From Octopus vulgaris (lineage: Eukaryota): a DNA stretch of 64,000 bases. The notes beneath the pieces are model-generated. The model was not told the DNA's origin. It saw only the letters and a program-made list of their open reading frames with translations, and did not search any database. The translations under genes and the position numbers were made by a program. Positions 38,988 to 52,955 of the stretch are shown here, piece after piece. Numbering within the stretch: the first letter of the stretch is position 1; each line of letters starts with the position of its first letter. Location: contig OX597816.1 in NCBI GenBank assembly GCA_951406725.2, forward strand, positions 140,864,001-140,928,000, written 5' to 3'.

Positions 38988-40380
38988 TACAGTTCTAGGT
39001 AGAACTTTTTGAGGGAAATGAAGAATTAATTCTTTTTTTCCAAGGTTAAGATTAGAGATTGGTTCTTTTGCATGAAGAGTCTTCAGATTTTAGAACAGCT
39101 TCTAGAATTATAAGAATAAGGTTCCCTTGTACTAGATCATTATTTTGGCAAAATGGATGGCAGAGTTGTGGAATTACGTTTCAGACAAAATACTTTGCAA
39201 TATTTGTCCTTGTTAAGGTGGTGAGCTGGCAGAATTGTCAGCATACCAGGCAAAATGCTTTGTGGCATTTCATTCATCTTTATGTCTTTAGTTCAAATTT
39301 TGCCAGGGTTGACTTTACCTTTCATCCTTTTGGGATTGATCAAGTAACTACCAGTTCAATACTGGGGTCAATGTAATTGACTTACCCCCTCTCCTGAAAT
39401 TGTTGGCCTTGTGCCAAAATTTGAAATCAATATTTGTCCTTACTTTTTGAATAGAAATTGTTTTTTAACCAAAATAATGATAGTAATTCTCTTACTCACT
39501 GTGCCACTGATGGACACATCTCTTCTCTACTTGTCATCCCTAATCTATCATAATACTCTTTAAATCCTGCACTAAATCCTTTCACAACCATTCCTCCCCA
39601 GACTGTAACACTCTAGAATTCTATTTCTTACCATGTTTCCTGAACAGACATCAATCTTTCACTCACAGAAGTTGAAGTTCAACACAAGCCACAACAATCT
39701 CAGAATTAAAAAAATACTGTGATTTTAATCCTATAAAGTCTTAGCTACAATTTTAACCTTTTAGCATTTAAACTAGCCAAACCTAGCCAGAATATTCAAC
39801 CCGTTTTATGCTGAAACTGGCCAGAACTGGCTTTTCACAACTAACCTATAATATCATTTTACAAATAAACAATCACATCATAAAATTCTCAACGCTATGA
39901 AATTTAAGATGATGTGAATACATAAGTATGACATTTGATAGAGTAATCTGAATGCTAAAGGGTTAAAAAAAACTATAAGAGGAAATAGCTGTTGTTGCCC
40001 AGAATGTGGTATCATAGAATTCAAACACAGTTTTTGGTGCCGTGAAAGAGTTAGTAAATAGATGTTATCCATTTCTTCTTAAGCAAACTATGCACACAGT
40101 CTCTACTTTTCTGACTATTTAAAAAACATCTGATACACACACACACATACATGCACACTTGCAGATACAAAGATATACAAACTCATTGCGATGCAAAGAT
40201 ATACAAGCATTCTCACAGAAGCACACATACACATGGACACATTTGCACACACACATACATATATATGTACTCATACACAAGTACCTATGCATGCAGTTAT
40301 ACAGAGATGTTCATACACACAAAAACACATACACATATACACAAACACAAAACATAACTATATGTGTAACATATACTTAC

Positions 40381-40689
40381 CCGAATGTGCTGTGGTGTGC
40401 CAACAGCTTCGTTTATGACTTCCATTTGGTCAGACAATAATGGTGGTGTTAACACAAGGTTTTGTGCAGCATTTCTCTGGTTGTTATTTTCAAATGTCAT
40501 CTGAGCAATAATTAATTCATAGGTACCATAACTACGTTTCTGCAGGTAATAAACCTGTTTATAGTAATGTGTGAAGCCTTCGAAAGGGCTCCAGTCAACA
40601 GTCAGTTCATCGATACCTGTTCTGTAATTCTCCACGAAAGCTCTGATGTAGGTACTTTGGTTGAATGTTATCATATTACCAATTTCCAC
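40381..40689 (-). CDS. Uncharacterised protein, coding exon 4 (VEIGNMITFNQSTY...VGTPQHIR)
   Basis: attattag| acceptor, |gtaagt donor, 309 nt, phase 0-0, non-repetitive coding-like sequence. Confidence 0.88.
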
Positions 40690-41640
40690 CTAATAATCAT
40701 AAAAACAATACCAGAAAGGTTAATAATGACGGTTTCTAACAATGGCACATGGCAACACAATTATTTTGGTAATAGGGGAAGGTTCAGCCAATTACAGTTT
40801 CTAATAGTCGGCACAGGTGTGGCTATGTAATAAGTTTCCTTCTCAGCTATATGGTTCTGGGTTCAGTCCCACTGCATTGTACCTTGTGCAAGCATCTTCT
40901 ACTTTCATCTGAGGCCAACTAAAACTTGGAGCAAGAAATATCAAAAAAATACATTTTCAGTTTATAGATGGGCTGAAAGTGTACTAGAAAATCCACTCTC
41001 AATTAGGAGTAGTAAATTGCATTGTAGCACAAACTGAGCATGATATAGGAGTATGCTAGACATACAAAACACTTGCATATCTGCTGTGTAAGAGAAGCAT
41101 GGTGAAGGTGGTATATTTGGAACTGCACTCAAAAATACAAATCACTTGATCCAAAAAAGGATGAAGCCTTAGTTGGAACAAATCTATTCTCTTTAAAAAT
41201 CAAAGAGTAGTGGACTACTCTGAAGGAAAAGACAAGTGGGGAAAATATGGAACTGGAATTTCAAATATCAAATGCATAACTTCCCCTCTGCCAGAAAAAT
41301 TTAGTTATGAAAATACTCTTCTCAAAAGAAAATTTGAATCATTGATATGTCCTGTGCTTGTGAGAAAATGTTTAGACAAGTCAAGAGAAACAGAGAAATG
41401 GCCACAGCATACTTTGTATATATCTGAGAAGGGAAGAAAGTATTACATGTGAATTATGTCACTTGTGATTGGTTGTTTGGAGAAATGACTGGAGTTGACA
41501 GACAAGTCAGCAAGTTAATTAGAAGAAAGTGAGTGGCTGGGCAAAATAAGACAAACAGCTGAGGAAGTATGTTTACAGATGTGAATAGATGGGGCAACAT
41601 ATGTGTCTGCACACACATACCTACATACATATATGTACAG

Positions 41641-41745
<105 letters not shown>

Positions 41746-41771
41746 CACACACAAACTCACACACATACATA

Positions 41772-42325
41772 CAGGGTGTGGTGGGTAAATTGTCGCCATT
41801 ATATATTTTAAATTTTGCACATGAACATTGTTTTTGATTTTGTATATTACTCAGTATAGTAGGGTCAGTTGGGCACCATCTGTGAAAAAAAAACAGCACC
41901 ATGACACAATTCACTCAGTCAGAAATTTGGAAACAACATATTGTATTACTTGGCATTCATGCTGGAAGCTCCAATATAAATATTTCAGAGTGTTTGGGTG
42001 TCAATCTGGGGAAGGCACAATCTGAGGACATGTACTGAGAGTGAAAATCCAGTCAACATCATGGTGTTTGGGGTGATCACTAGTGATGGCGACATTATGC
42101 CTTCATTCACCAACTTAAACAAGGAGACTATCCAAAAGAGTTGCAGGAGATTTTTAAGTCGTCTGGAGGCTATGGTTGAAGCCAGTGGCAATTTTATTGA
42201 ATAAATTTACTCTTTAGTATTTCAAAATATTCTTATGTAATTTTAGTAAATATATCTGTTAAAATGAGATGTCAGTGTTATTTTCATTTTTGCATGATTT
42301 AGATGACATTTTATTCACTGCGCCC
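41772..42325 (+). mobile_element. Internally deleted Tc1/mariner (maT-like) element
   Basis: TA|CAGGGTG.. terminus, NPVNIMVFGVITSDGDIMP and CRRFLSRLEAMVEASGNFIE remnants, degenerate right TIR. Confidence 0.75.
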
Positions 42326-44514
42326 GTCTGAACATGGCAGATGCCAGTGCTGTGTTGACTAGCTTCTGTGCCGGTGGCACGTAAAAAGCACCATCTGATC
42401 ATGGTCGATGCCAGCTCCTCTGGCACCTGTGCTGGAAACACATAAAAAGCACCCACTACACTCTCGGAGTGGTTGGCGTTAGGAAGTACATCCAGCAGTA
42501 GAAACACAGCAAGATCAGATTGGGGCCTGGTGCATCCTCCTGGCTTCCCAGACCCCAGTCGAACCATCTAACCCATGCCAGCATGGAAAACAGGCGTTAA
42601 ACAATGATGATAATGATACACACACATACATATATCATATACATTACTTGACTCCATATATTGTGACTTAAATTTACACACACACACACAAACACACGCA
42701 TGCACAAACACACAAACACACGCATGCACACACAAACAAACACACACGCATGCACACACACACAAACACACGCATGCACACACACACATACACCCACACA
42801 TGTGCAAACATCTGGAAAATGTATGCACAGATGTGAACAGCTGAGGAATTAAATATGTATACAGATGTAGAATACTATGTTGTGTGAAAATGAAACAATA
42901 TTGAAAAATTTACTGTCTGGAAATATTTGAAGAGACTAAATTTTCCTGTTCTAAAACACTAACAAACTATTGGTAGCCTGACATCATCTGGCTCGGTGTA
43001 GATGTTGTTGCTGCTGCTGCTGCTGATCAACTGGTAACTTATTTCTTTGACCTTGAAAGGATAAAAGGCAAAGTTGACCGTGGCAGGTTTTGAACATAAA
43101 GATGGACAAAATGCCTCCAAGCATTTGTCCGGTAGGGTAATGATTCTGTTGGCTCACCACCTTAACTCTATGGTATTCACATTATTCTGTTAAATGTAAT
43201 GCTTATTTATCCACATTGTTTTGAGTTAATCATGCATCATCACACAGCTTCAGGATTTCCAGGATGTGATCATTTATTTTCAGATGATGTTGTAGGGTAG
43301 CTCTGAGAGGCCAGATGTGGTCAGTTTAAACATAAAACAGATGGAACATTTGAGCTGGATATGGCTGGTTTAAATGCTAAAGGGTTAAATAATTCTGACA
43401 ATGATCTCTTATATTGATGCAGAGCCGCAAATTTAAAAGGATTAGTTATAATCTATTGGACAATCTCTCGACACATTTCTGGTATATATTTTAACCCTTT
43501 TCTTGCAGAAATCAGATACATCCACTCAAAATCTCATTACTCTTAATAGCAGAAGGCAGTTTTATATACCAATCTATCTTTTTTTGATAAATGTCCAGTT
43601 CGAAACTTTTGTTGAGACATGTCAAGTTTATTGAGGCAATGTGACTTGCAGAAAATACAAATTCTATTTTTTGGTAGATATTTAACATCATTGCTGGAAT
43701 AACCATGAAATTGAATTTCACAGTTAAAAGGTTAAGGAACCAACAGTTATAAAAATGCAAAGTTGACACTAGTAGGGTTTGAACTCAGAATGTAAAGGAG
43801 CAAGACTAAAAGCAATAAGGCACTTTTCCCTTTAATAATGTTTTTCTTACATTGGCACAAGGTGACACGTATACTATTAGTTTTTTTTTTATTTTAAGGA
43901 CCCAGAAGAGATGAAAGACTGCATTTCATCCCTTCTGAGTGGAAACCACCAATGCAATACTGAACTAATGAAGAAAACTATTATCTGGTTGCTTGACCTG
44001 CCATGAATAGCAGCTAAATTTCCTTCAAGTCACACTATACCAAATAGGGCAAAGGCACTTAAGATAATTCTTTCTACTTTCTACTATAGGTGCAATGATT
44101 GAAATCTGTGTGTATGTGTGTGTGTGTGTGTGTGTGCATGAGAGAGTGAGAGAGAGAGGAGGGATGGTGTGTGCTAGTCAATTACATCAACCTCAGTGCT
44201 CAACTGGTATTTATTTTATTGATCCTGAAAGGACAAATGGCAAAGTCAGCCTTTGTAGAATTTAGGCTCAGGAGGACCAGAAGTAGTGCCACTAAGCACA
44301 TTTTGTCTGGTGTACTAACAATTCACCTTGAATGGCACTTTAGATAATACAAGTCTTCATAATACGCCTAAAAAAGATGGATGGTCACAGGTGGCCTTTG
44401 GTCTTATGCCTGCTCCAACATGGCTAATCTAGGGGCAAATAACAGCAACAACAACAATGACCATTGCAATACAAAAAAGTGAGTGGGAAAAAAAACAACA
44501 AAAATCAAACTTAC

Positions 44515-44674
44515 TGCTAAACATTCTCCTTCATATAAAAGCCCCATGTACGAGGCAGCATCACCATCACACAAGTTGATGTGAGTCAGTAGATTTTCTT
44601 CATTCAGGCTTACGATGAAGGAATCATTGGTATTACTTGCTTCAAATTTAGATGTCCCCATTTCATAGAATGCA
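44515..44674 (-). CDS. Uncharacterised protein, coding exon 3 (CAFYEMGTSKFEAS...YEGECLA)
   Basis: tttcag| acceptor, |gtaagt donor, 160 nt, phase 2-0. Confidence 0.85.
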
Positions 44675-44708
44675 CTGAAACACACACAAAGAAAGAAAAA
44701 AATCATAT

Positions 44709-44874
44709 AGGCACAGGAGTGGCTGTGTGGTAAGTAGCTTGCTTACCAACCACATGGTTCCGGGTTCAGTCCCACTGCCTGGCACCTTGGACAAGTGTCT
44801 TCTACTATAGCCTCGGGCTGACCAAAGCCTTGTGAGTGGATTTGGTAGGCGGAAACTGAAAGAAGCCTGTTGTA

Positions 44875-44915
<41 letters not shown>

Positions 44916-45135
44916 GTATATGTTTGTGTGTCTGTGTTTGCTCCCCAACATCGCTTGACAATCGATGCTGGTGTGTTTACGTCCCCGTAACTTAGTGGTT
45001 TGGCAAAAGAGACCGATAGAATAAGTACTAGGCTTACAAAGAATAAGTACTGGGGTCGATTTGCTCGACGAAAGGTGGTGCTCCAGCATGGCCGCAGTCA
45101 AATGACTGCAACAAGTAAAAGAGTAAAGAGTAGAG
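44709..45135 (+). mobile_element. tRNA-derived SINE, family A, full length
   Basis: Reverse-complement match along its whole length to 3107-3534. Confidence 0.85.
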
Positions 45136-45139
45136 TTAA

Positions 45140-45525
45140 CTACCGTATATAATCGTAGATAGGTTGCACTTCTTTTACACCCAAAATTTCGATAAAAATT
45201 GGGTGCAACTTATTCACTTGACAGAAGTGGGATCTGAAATAGACAACTGCATATCAGTAAGGAAGTTGATTTATCAATTAGACTACTTCCATAAAGCCAC
45301 TTCCGCAAAAATGTTTAAATATTTGGAAGCTAAGTTTTGAAATAAAGGTGAAAATTTGATAACATTTAACAAATACTAGTTAAATTTATGCTATAAAGGG
45401 GCCATTTTAACTCCCCAGATTATAGTGTGATCTGTTTGCAAGTCAAGTGCAAATACCTACTTTGACAACCCCAAACTAAGGGTGCAATCTATCCAATGGT
45501 ACAACCTATCCACAAGTAATAGTAT
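45140..45525. mobile_element. Degenerate TACCGTA-type MITE
   Basis: Starts TACCGTA; GATAGGTTGCAC pairs with GTGCAATCTATC / GTACAACCTATC near the right end. Confidence 0.5.
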
Positions 45526-45980
45526 TTGATATTGGCACGAAGTCACATAATTTATCTTTTTGTCATTTGTCCATTACTTGTTTCAGTTACTGGACTGTGA
45601 CCATGCTGAAGCTCCACCTTGAAGAGTTTAGTCAAACAAAGCCACCCTAGTACTAAGTATTTAAGTCTGGTAATTATTCTTTTGGTCTCTTTTGCCAAAA
45701 TGACTATGTTACAGGAATGTAAACAAACCAGCACTGGTTGTCAAAAGGTGGAGGGACAAACACAAAGACATACACATACATACATACATATACATAAACG
45801 CACACACACACACATACATACAAAGGGCTTCCACAGTTTCCATCTAACAAATTCACTCACTAGGCATTGGTCAGTCCAGGAATATAGAAGATAATTGCCC
45901 AGGGTGCCAGGCAGTGGGACTGAACCTAAGACCACATGGTTGTAAAGCTACCTTCTTAACCACATAAACGTTTATGGGCA

Positions 45981-46031
<51 letters not shown>

Positions 46032-46270
46032 AGCAGTGAGCTGGCAGAATTGTTAACATGCCAGACAAAAATGCTTAGTAGCATTTTGTCTGTCTTTATA
46101 TTGAATTCAAATTCCACCAGGATCAACTTTGTCTTTCATCATTTCAGGACCAATAAAATAAGTACCAGTTAAACACTGGGGTTGACATAATCAACTTACC
46201 TCCTTCCCTAAAATTGCTGGCTTTGTGCCAAAATTTGACACCATCATCATCATCATTATTTTTTTTTTTC

Positions 46271-46485
46271 AGGTGGCAAACTGGCAGAGTTGTTAGTATG
46301 CCAGGCAAAGTGCTTAGCGACATTTTGTCTATTGTTATGTTCTGAGTTCAGATTCTGCCGAGGTTGACTTTGACTTTCATCCTTTCAGGGTCAATAAATT
46401 AAGTACCAGTTGAGTACTGGAGTCAATGTAATTGACTTAACTCCTCCCCCCAAATTTCAGGCCTTGTGCCTATAGTAGAAAAGAT
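46271..46485 (+). mobile_element. tRNA-derived SINE, family B (conserved CTTTCATCCTTTC.GGGTC.ATAAATTAAGTACCAG domain)
   Basis: GAGTTCAGATTC B-box-like motif. Copies at ~11905-12120(-), 39215-39430(+), 46030-46240(+), 43030-43160(-), 44070-44330(-), 58150-58362(-), 29500-29640(-). Confidence 0.75.
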
Positions 46486-46932
46486 TTTTATTATTAGTAT
46501 TTCCATTTTATTTCTCAGAGCTCTCAATTTGACTTGGTCTGGTTAATTCTGTAGGAGTGGACAGCAACCTGTTGTCAAAGGTCTCACAGGGTTTCTTTAC
46601 TCAATACTCAACACTCAAGCACCAATCTCAAAATCCTGACTGTCACCACCCTAATCTATCATAATTCTCTTTAAATCCTGCACTAAATCCTTTCACAACC
46701 ATTCCTCCCCAGACTGTAACATTCTAGAATTCCATTTCTTGCCATGTTTCCTGAACAGACATCAATCTTTCACTCACAGAAGTTGAAGTTCAACACAAGC
46801 CACAACAATCTCAGAATTAAAAAAATACTGTGATTTTAATCCTATAAAGTCTTAGCTACAATTTTAACCTTTTAGCATTTAAACTAGCCAAACCTAGCCA
46901 AAATATTCAACCTGTTTTATGCTGAAACTGGC

Positions 46933-48170
46933 CAACACTCAAGCACCAATCTCAAAATCCTGGCTGTCACCAATAGAACAGTTTTCTGAGCATGTTCTAC
47001 TCTCATGTTAATTCCAATTTCTCCATCATATTTCTCAAACCTAGTTGTTAGTGCTCTGAGTGCTCCTACACCTACTGAGATGACAGTTACTCTCTTTATT
47101 GCCCACATTCATGCAATTTCATCTTTTAGTAGTTTGTGTTTTTCACAATCTTTCCCAGCTCTTTGTCATCCATGTGTGCATCTCCAAGTATGACAATATA
47201 TATAATCTTGATTTTCTTCCTTTTATCCACTACAACAGCATCCGGTCTTCAAGCATCAATCATTGAGTTATATTAGCTTGTAAAATCCCAAAAGATCTTA
47301 TATTCATTATCTTTGGTGATGCTTTCTTGGTTATTCCCATACCATTTCCATCTAAGAAATTCCCATACCATTTTTCCAAGACCATACTTCTCATGCAAGC
47401 TCCAGTGAACAAACGTAGCCCTGTTATCATGCCTCCTTTTATATTCCTTTTGGGCCAGTTTGTTACACTCACTCAAAATATGTTAGACCGTTTTATTTTT
47501 GCTGCCACACATCCTACATATGAATGATTCACTGCTCTTATCTAATTAGAACTTGGTGTAATTAGTTCTCAGACCTTTTTCCTGGGTTTCTCATATCAAT
47601 GTTTCAGTGTATCCTTTCAGATCCCTTTTTCTTAGCCACCTCCAGGTGTTGGTATTGTCTTTCCCTTCAATTTCTCTGAGGTACTGCCCATGTATTTTTT
47701 TCATTTTTCAGTTGTTTAATTTTTGTTCTGTATCTCGTTTCTTAAATGTCACATTTCACTAGGTATTGTGTTATTTCTTACAGCAACAAACAAAGGTTCA
47801 ACCTGCTTTTTGACATACCATCCCAGACCGTTTTCCTCATTGACAATACAGATCTTCCATCCTATGAGACCTCTATCTCCCTTGTATTTTGGCACATACA
47901 ATCGATATCACTTTTAGGGTGTAGCTCCTTGTTCATTGTCATCATTTTCTTGATTTTTCTATCCATGTCCTCAAGCTTGTTTTTGTCCACCTAACAACAT
48001 CTGCACTGTGTCACATTAAAGGCACAACTCATGTATTCATTTCCCTGGTCTTGGTCTTGTTCTTTCCATTGAGTCTACTCCCCATAATTAAATTGGTTCT
48101 TTTGAGGTATTCTCACTTGAAGCTTTCCTTCACATCCCTTTCCTTGACTGTAAAACACCCAGATACTTAT
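46933..48170 (-). mobile_element. Degenerate R4/Dong-like non-LTR element (CCHC knuckle + REL endonuclease)
   Basis: HILSECNKLAQKEYKRRHD, KIFWDF, RPD, VISVGVGAL and QKTVLLVTARILRLVL in broken frames. Confidence 0.8.
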
Positions 48171-48243
48171 ATCCACCCATCTCAACATCCTTGGTTCTCT
48201 TGCCATTGGGTAGTTCTACACCATCAGATGATATATAATAATA

Positions 48244-48303
<60 letters not shown>

Positions 48304-48817
48304 GCAACAACAACAATATATGCCATGATGTAATATCAGGTGCTAGCTCACATGGCTTCTGATCTTAACTGATTGGAAGTATTATCATGTATAAAAGATG
48401 GGCTACAGTAAATATTCTGCTCAATACCACAGATTTGCTTGTCAGTGATTTGACCATAACCAGTTGAGCATGCCTCGTGGTGGCTGGCGATAGATGCATC
48501 TCAGATCATGAGCAGAAGTATTGGGGGAGCATCATAGCCATGTGTTGAGAGGAATTCTTTGGGGTTTGAATAATTCACCTCTGGAAACATGTGTGTTTCA
48601 CTCATCATCCTTAAACAAACCTTATTCACGGACCTTTTGAGTGGGATAGCTTACTAGTACTGAAGAAAATTCTAACTGGGCTGCACCTGCAAGGTCCTGC
48701 ACTGTTTATCCAGACAAGTGATCACCATGTCACACACATATAGTTGTGATGCATGTGCCTGGTGTACCCTTATATATTTTACTCCAGTGTCAATTTGATG
48801 ACATGCACTACTCTCTC

Positions 48818-48877
<60 letters not shown>

Positions 48878-48885
48878 TATAATAA

Positions 48886-51779
48886 TCGTTTAATGTCCGC
48901 TTTCTATGCGGCCATGGGGTCGACTGTTTGACTGAGGGCTGGCAAGCCAGAAGGCTGCACCAGGCTCCAATCTAATCAGACAATGTTTCGACAGCTAGAT
49001 GCCCTTCCTAATGCCAACCACTCTGAGAATGTATTGGGTGCTTTTACATGCCACCAGCACGAGGGCCAATGTTCGAAGGTGGTGCTTCACCACCTCATCC
49101 CAGGTCTTCCTGGGTCTACCTCTTTCACAGGTCCCCTCAACTGCTAGGGTGTGACACTTTTTCACACAGCTGTCCTCATCCATTTACAGCACATGACCAT
49201 ACCAGTGCAGTCGTCTCTCTTGCACGCCACATCTGATGCTTCTGAAGTCCCACTTTTCTCTCAAGGCGCTTACACTCTGTCGTGTATGCACACTGACATT
49301 ATACATTCAGCAGATCATACTGGCTTCATTCCATGCAAGCTTACACGCCACAGCCCATGTTTCACTGCCATGTAGCATGGCTGTTCGTGCACATGTGTCA
49401 TACAGTCTACCTTTTAATCTAAGCGAGAGGCCCTTTGTCACCAGCAGAGGTAGGAGCTCTCTGAACTTTGCCCAGGCTATTTTTATTCTAGCAGCTACAC
49501 TTTCAGAGCATCCACCTCTGCTACTGACTTGGTCATTAGGTAATGGAAGCTATCAACTACTTGTAGATTTTCCCCCTGGAATGTGACAGAAGCTGTTCTC
49601 TGCACATTTTCAGTGTTTATTACTCCTGAGCATTTGCCACACACAAAAACTATCTTCCCAGTTAGCCTTCCTTTGATATTGTTGCACCTCTTACGTGTCC
49701 ATAGCTTACACTGGGTACATCTTATAGAGTTCCTACCTACACCTTTTCTACAGATCAAGCAGGGCCATCTACTTGAAGAGATTTGATTTATCTGCCTTCC
49801 TAGTTATTAAAACTTTGGTTTTTACTAGGTTGACTCTAAGCCCCTTCGATTCTAATCTTTGCTTCTACACCTGAAACTTTTCCTCTAGTTTTGACAGTAA
49901 CTCAGCAATTAGAGCAAGGTAATCAGCATAGAGAAGCTCCCAGGGTCATCCTGTCTTGAATTCCTCTGTTATTGTCTGAATAACAGGGGCCTGAGGACTG
50001 ATCGTTTGTAGACCTCTACCCCTACCTGGAATTCTTCACTGTACTCATTGCCAACCCTCACCTTACTGACAGAGTCCCTGTACATGGCTTGTACAGCTCT
50101 CACTAACCATTCGCCAATCCCTAGTTTCTTCATTGACCACCAGATAAGGGATTGGAGGACCCTGTCAAAGGCTTTCTCCATGTCAATGAAAGCCAGGTAC
50201 AGAGGTTTATCTTTGGCTCGGTATTTTTCCTGCAGCTATCTTACTAGAAATATAGCATCAGTGGTGCTTTTCCCCAGCACAAACCCAAACTGCACCTCAT
50301 CTAGACTGACCCACTCCCTAATTAATTGGGCTATGACCGTCTCTGTGACTTTCATTACCTGATCCAACAACTTGATACCTCTGTAATTAATCATATCTAA
50401 TGCGTCACCTTTACCTTTGTAACAGTTAGCTATAGTGCAGCTACACCAGTCATTGGGTATGACTCCTTCATGCATCACCTGGTTAACTATATGGGTGACT
50501 AAGCTGACACCGCCAGATATTTTAAGCATCTCTGCGGTGATTGCTGATGGGCCAGGGGCTTTGCCTGTCTTCATACCCTTAATTGCTTTATCTATCAAGG
50601 TACTGTCAATTCGGATAGCTGGTTCCTCTGTTGGGTTGACATTTGGCAGACTCTTTCTCCCATTCATTCTCTTCATTTAGCAACCCTTCATAGTTGCATC
50701 TCCAAGTCTCTCTCTTTGCAGCCTCATTAAATGCAAGTGAGCCATCATCCATGTGGACACATTTCTCTCCTATGACATCATGATTCTCTCTTATGCACTG
50801 TCTTGCAACATGAAACACCTCAAGTCTTTGGTCCTCACGATGCAGAACATTAGCAAATTTTTTCTTATCTGCTTCCCCTCTGGCTAAATAAACCTGTCTC
50901 CTAGTTTCCCTTCTGGCAGTCGGATACAATTTCCAATCCTTTCATGCCTGTTTCTTTTCCCTAATGGCCTTGTCAACTACATTGTTCCACCACCATGTTA
51001 CCTTGGGTTGAGAGGGGACTTTGCACCATCCACAGATCTGGTCAGTAGCCCTCAACAAGTTGTCCCGTAGAAACCTCCAGTTGTCTTCCACATCATGTGA
51101 TGCTATATCCCCCTCTATTTAATCAAAAGCTTTGAGTAATATGTTTCTAAATCTCTGTCCATTCGTAAGATCCTTAAGCTTCGAGACCCTTCTCCTCCAT
51201 GCTGGTCGTCTTCTGGGCATTCATTTAGCCCTGATCCTGAAGTCGCTAACTACTAATCTATGTTGTGGGGTGTATTCTTCACCTGGGAAGGTTTTGGCAT
51301 TTATAAGTAACCATCTTTCCCGTTTCCTGGTGAGGATGTAGTCAAGTTGACTAGTGTGTCTACCAGATCAGTAGGTGAATAGGTGACTGGCAGGTTTCCT
51401 GAAGTTAGTGTTTACAAACCATAAGATCACTTGCATCACAGAGCTCCAGCAGCCTGGTTTCCTCCTCATTGCGGGAACCAAAACCATAGCCTCCATGTAT
51501 GCCATGGAAGCCCCTTGCATGTTGTCCAACATACCCATTGAAGTCACCAGCCACGAAGAGAAGTTCCCTGCCATTCGTCGATGAGGTAGTCTGCAAGAGG
51601 GTGTCATAAAATCGGTCTTTCTGTCCATGAGGTAGCCCCAGCTGATGGGCATAGGCCAAGATAATGGTTGCTCACCCATGATGCAGCACTAATCTAATCT
51701 TAAGTATTCTATTGCAGACTCTGACTGCCTCAATTACTTTATCAACCCATTTCTCCACAAGAAGTATACCCACGCCCCC
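48886..51779 (-). mobile_element. Longer degenerate RTE LINE (APE endonuclease remnant + RT)
   Basis: AYAHQ/GDFNGYVG (APE) at 51405-51659, RT motifs at 49969-50676, PHD-like Cys cluster at 49495-49758. Confidence 0.9.
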
Positions 51780-51780
51780 A

Positions 51781-52945
51781 AGGGCCTTAGAGTTAATTTA
51801 GCAAAGACCAAAGTCCCAGTAAGTAGGAAAACAGACATATCACTGATCCCTTAAGGGAGATGGCCCTGCTTGTTATGTAGGAAAGGTGTTGGTAGAAATC
51901 CATATGGTGTGCCGAGTGCAAGCTATGGACACATAAGAGGTGCAGTGGTACCACAGGAAGATTAACAGGGAAAGCAGCTTTTGTGTGCAGCAGATGTGCA
52001 GGTTCATTATACACTAGGAACGTACAGAAAATAGACTCCCTCAAATGCCTGTGGGGAGCCTTAGAAGTAGTAGGCAATTTCTGTTACTTAAGTAAACAAG
52101 TTAGCAGTGAAGGAGGTAGTTCTAAAAGCATACTTGCAAGAATAAGAATGGGTTGGACAAAATTCAGAGAACTACTACCTTTCTTAGTATTAAAGGGCCT
52201 CTCTTTCAGAGTGAAAGGCAGATTGTATGATACCTATGTATGAACAATTGAGCTACATAGCAGTGAGACATGGGCTGTGAGTACTGAGGACATGCAAAGG
52301 CTGGAAAGAAATGAAACCAGCAAGCTCTACGGGATGGGTGATGTCAGTGTGCATGTACAACAGAGTGTAAGTGATTTGAGAGAAAAACTGGGTATATGAG
52401 GCATCAGATGTCATGTGGAAGAGAGCAGACAGTGCTGGTATAGTCATATGATGTGTATGGATAGAGGACAGCTGCATCAAGAAGTGCTGATGTCTCATTG
52501 AGAAAGGAAAGTGTGGAAAGAATAGACCCAAGAAGATGTGGAATGAAGTGATGAGAAAGGACTGAGTCTTCTGGTGGTTTGCTGTGCTTGAAAAACACAT
52601 CAAGCTAAGTAAAATCATGATTGTCCATACAAGCATGTCCACTACATCCCTCTCTCAGCTATGTGGTCCAAGTTTTGCAGGCTCATGGGTGCTGGTGCCT
52701 TGTAAAAGCCCCCATGCTGGTGACATATAAAAGCACCTGTGCCAATGCTACATAACAGCATCTGTACCAGTGCCATGTAACAGTATCTGTGCCAGTGCTA
52801 TGTTAAAAGCACCCAGTACACTCTATGAAGTGGTTAGCATAAGGAAGGGTATCCAGCCATAGAAACCATGCTAAAACAGACAAAATGGAGCCCAGGCCTG
52901 CTTCTGTCAAACTGTCCAACCCATGCCAGCATGGAGAATAGTCAT
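51781..52945 (+). mobile_element. Older RTE LINE 3' fragment
   Basis: ARIRMGWTKFRELLP..KGRLYD, plus tail with CCATGCCAGCATGG. Confidence 0.85.
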
Positions 52946-52955
52946 TATGTACATT

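Noticed and set aside
39495-39540. Extra exon of the minus-strand gene (gtgagt donor-like site near 39499)
   Set aside because: No convincing acceptor, and exons 4 and 5 already join in phase without it.
48886-52945. Head-to-head RTE pieces as a twin-priming 5' inversion
   Set aside because: The two pieces overlap in content, each has its own 3' tail, and they differ in decay, so they are independent insertions.
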